DNA of 35,688 bases, from the NCBI RefSeq assembly GCF_001194135.2, contig NC_068981.1:59151382-59187069 (forward strand). The letters run 5' to 3'. This DNA comes from Octopus bimaculoides (taxonomy: Eukaryota). Position numbers and translations under genes: made by a program. The notes below the pieces were generated by a model. The model searched no databases and was not told the DNA's origin. It worked only from the letters and a program-made list of their open reading frames with translations. Shown one piece after another: positions 32,849-35,688 of this stretch; position 1 is the first letter of the stretch, and every line of letters starts with the position of its first letter.

Positions 32849-34475
32849 GGTTTGTGTGTGTTCAAAATGTTGTTACAGTTATCTCTTTCAGTCTGGAACA
32901 AAAAAAGATGCTGGCAGTTTAGTTTATTATATGTATAGTAATGATATAATGAAATTACAATAATTTAGGGCAGTTGTAACTGCCTCTCCAGAAAAGCCTC
33001 AAACCTAGACTGCACCTCGTATTAACAGCGTGGCTCAGATCTACATTATTAATAAATTCACTGACGCAAAATGCAAGGCTGATCATTCAGATGACTTCAT
33101 TCTCAGTGGTAGATAATCAGGCATATTAATAGCAGTTTGCAATTGGATGTTGAGTAAATTCGTTACCGTTTGCCAGTGCAGATCTCATTATGAGATTTTA
33201 TATTTTTTATGACTGTTCAGTATTTCAGAGACTATTTGTGGAGGAAAATAAGAAGATGGCAACTCTGGCGTTGTAGACAGGAGAAATAATTACATTAGAT
33301 CCCTTGAAAATTCATTCCAGTGTTATTAAGTCACGCAATTTTTTGTGTTAGTATATTAGTAGAAAAGTATGCCCTCATGTTTTTCTGATATGTATTTTAT
33401 TTATATTTGCTTCTGCATATATATATATATATATATATCACATGCTCAGATAAGGGAAGAATGAGAGAGAGAGAGAGAGAGAGAGAGTGAATGAAAGAGA
33501 GAAAGAGTAAGAGAGCATGCATAAGTGTTTGTGTATGTGTATATAAATGTGTTTATCCTAGCAAAATTTGAGATTGGTTTAAGCTATTCGGTTACACTTA
33601 CGATCCTTGAGAAAGGTCAAAAACCTCGTTTCTCCTTCAACCTTAAATCAATATGGTTGGTCATGCAGTGATGAAAACGCGTCATTCTATCACACCAGAG
33701 TGTGTATAAGAGCAGATGCATTTGTCTCGTGCAATTATTTACTGGTATAAATATAGTTATGCCTTGTGATATATCTATGCATTATATCGGATAAAGTTTG
33801 TATATTGCAACGAAAGAACTGGAACCTTTGCCTCAAGTTACCGTATCTCTAATAAACGGAAGAGAGCGCTATATAATAAAAAAATAAGATCCTCGTGATT
33901 TGTGACAATATTTAAATTTGACACCCGGTTTTAATCTTAAAACATTAACACTAAGACTGAAACTAATTCCATTTACATCTTGAATTTTATTTTCAAAAAT
34001 ATGCAACTCTGGTACTTGACGTTTATGTTGTTGACTCTTGAAAAGTGAAAAGTAACTGTGACTTCATTAAACAGGAAGTCCAAATCCTGCGAAGTATTTT
34101 GTTAAGCCGCTACTCGACTGTTTCTGTAAAAAATTAATTTTGCTACTAATGTAATTGAGAAAAATTAATCACCCTGGAGTTGCAAGAGCTGGTGCAGAAA
34201 GGACATTGAGAATTGTGTGCATAGAGTCAATAATATCTCTTTACAAACAAATTAATGCTTCCTGTTACTTTGCAAACCATTTTCTCTCTAAATGTTTATA
34301 TATCATAACTAATTCTCAAAGGAGATACATCAGCATGTAACATTGTATCATGTACAATTGTCTTCATTTATAGAATTAAATACGATACTGTGCAGCAAGT
34401 AAACTATAAATGAAGTGGTAAACTTTTGGAGGAAAATGAGACAACTTTCTAGTCAGTTTAAGTCTTCGACTAAAA

Positions 34476-35688
34476 CCATGTTCTTTTCTTACTTTCAGGC
34501 GATGAGTCAGGAATAAAACAGGGATCTATACACGACGTTTGTAGGCCTAACGAAGGGCTTTGATACCTTCAGTCGTGAGGGGCTCTGGAAAATCATGGAA
34601 AAGTTCGGCTGCCCGGACAAATTCATCAGTATGGTGCGACAGCTTTACTACAGCGTGCTCGCTCGATTACTGGACAGTGGAGATTCTTCCAATGCACTCC
34701 TAGTCACTAAGGTGTCAGCAAAGCTGTGTACTCGCACCTACGTTGTTCAGTATGATGTTCTCAGTTATGCTGTTGGTTGCCTTCTCGCCTTCTGCAACGA
34801 TGGCGAAACCAGCATGAAGACCAGATTCAGGACTGATGATAGACACTTCAACCTGCGGAGGCTACAAGTGAAGATCAAAGTGGAAGAAGATTCAATGCGC
34901 GACTTCCTGTTCGCAGACGACTGCGCATTCAACACCGCCACAAACGCCCAGATGCAGCAGAGCATGGACTGCTTTTCCACTGCTTAAAACAACTTTGACC
35001 TCACAGTCAGTATTAAGAAAACAGAAGCCGCAGGTGAAACCAACTATCACTGTTCAAGGGGAAACCTTGAAGGTTGTTGGTAGGTTCACGTACCTCGGCA
35101 GCATGAAGTCGGGCGGTTATGTGAATCAGTATAAGAAAGGGGAAGCATTAAGCTGGCCACCAAGCTGAATGTGAGCCAAGAAGTTGTACTGCCTATCTTA
35201 CCTTAATCCTGCGAGACTTGGATGGTTTACGACGCTATACCAAAAATTTAAGCAGCTTTCACATGAACTGCCTGAGAAAGCTGATGAAAATCACCTGGTA
35301 AGTCAAGGTTGTAGACCTGGATAACCCACCTCCCGCCGAGCTGATCTACGAAGCTTTTACACACTGTTCCGAGAGCGCAAGTTAGGTGGGTTGGCCAAAT
35401 TGTTCGAATGCCTGATAGACAACTACTCAGGAGACTGTTTTACAGCGAACTAGTGGGAAGCAAGCGCACACAAGGTGGTCAGAAAAAGCGCTTCAGTGAT
35501 ACACTCAAATTCTCAATGAAGAGCTTTGAGATCAACTCGGGCACTTGGGAAACGCAAGCACAAGAAATCCCTGTCTAGCAAACTTGCACCAACGAACAAA
35601 ACAGGATTACAGGGTCATCAAAAAAATGCGAAAGGCGCGAGTCAAAGAGCCAAATCCTTACCTTCAGTCCTAGCAGGCCACTAGTACC
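34476..35688 (+). mobile_element. RTE-clade LINE ORF2 reverse transcriptase remnant, 5'-truncated pseudogene, probably continues past the window
   Basis: DLYTTFVGLTKGFDTFSREGLWKIMEKFGCPDKFISMVRQLY, SCVLAPTLFSMMFS, FLFADDC (34910-21), RFTYLGS, QLxWVGQIVRMPD, GGQKKRFSDTLK; multiple stops and frameshifts. Confidence 0.93.

Noticed and set aside
33665-33760. C/D-box snoRNA or hammerhead around gtgatgaaaacgcgtc
   Set aside because: No D box (CTGA) at a suitable distance, and no upstream CUGANGA core or stems.
34478-34499. Strong splice acceptor suggesting exonisation of the LINE
   Set aside because: The pyrimidine tract and CAG are explained by the LINE's own decayed coding sequence (M-I-F-S..L-Q); no donor or expression evidence.
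1-35688. CRISPR array, rRNA or prokaryotic operon
   Set aside because: No regularly spaced repeat-spacer array, no rRNA-like sequence and no gene-dense region; the DNA is eukaryotic.

Overview
Eukaryotic, AT-rich, mostly non-coding genomic DNA from a draft assembly. About 10% is N-gap: 3546-4054, 4593-4809, 7474-7639, 8457-8651, 11467-12245, 15002-15151, 16645-17315, 20844-20860, 25355-25619 and 29467-30051. The tRNA-derived SINE families and extreme microsatellite density look like an octopus genome (inferred from recalled repeat consensus, no search run). No intact, nameable protein-coding gene is visible, and all long ORFs in the track are gap or microsatellite artefacts. The window holds three SINE families, one further interspersed repeat family, an internally deleted mariner, two Penelope-like element (PLE) remnants, a very decayed CR1/Jockey-like LINE and an RTE-clade LINE. 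Best second-look items: (1) a type I hammerhead ribozyme motif with a complete catalytic core at 25032-25104, plus three decayed relatives; (2) a 717-bp non-autonomous DNA transposon with 28-bp perfect TIRs and an 8-bp TSD, carrying an inverted telomeric-repeat hairpin near its centre (32132-32848); (3) tightly spaced inverted SINE pairs that could form dsRNA; (4) unidentified candidate exons at 9.3-13.6 kb.
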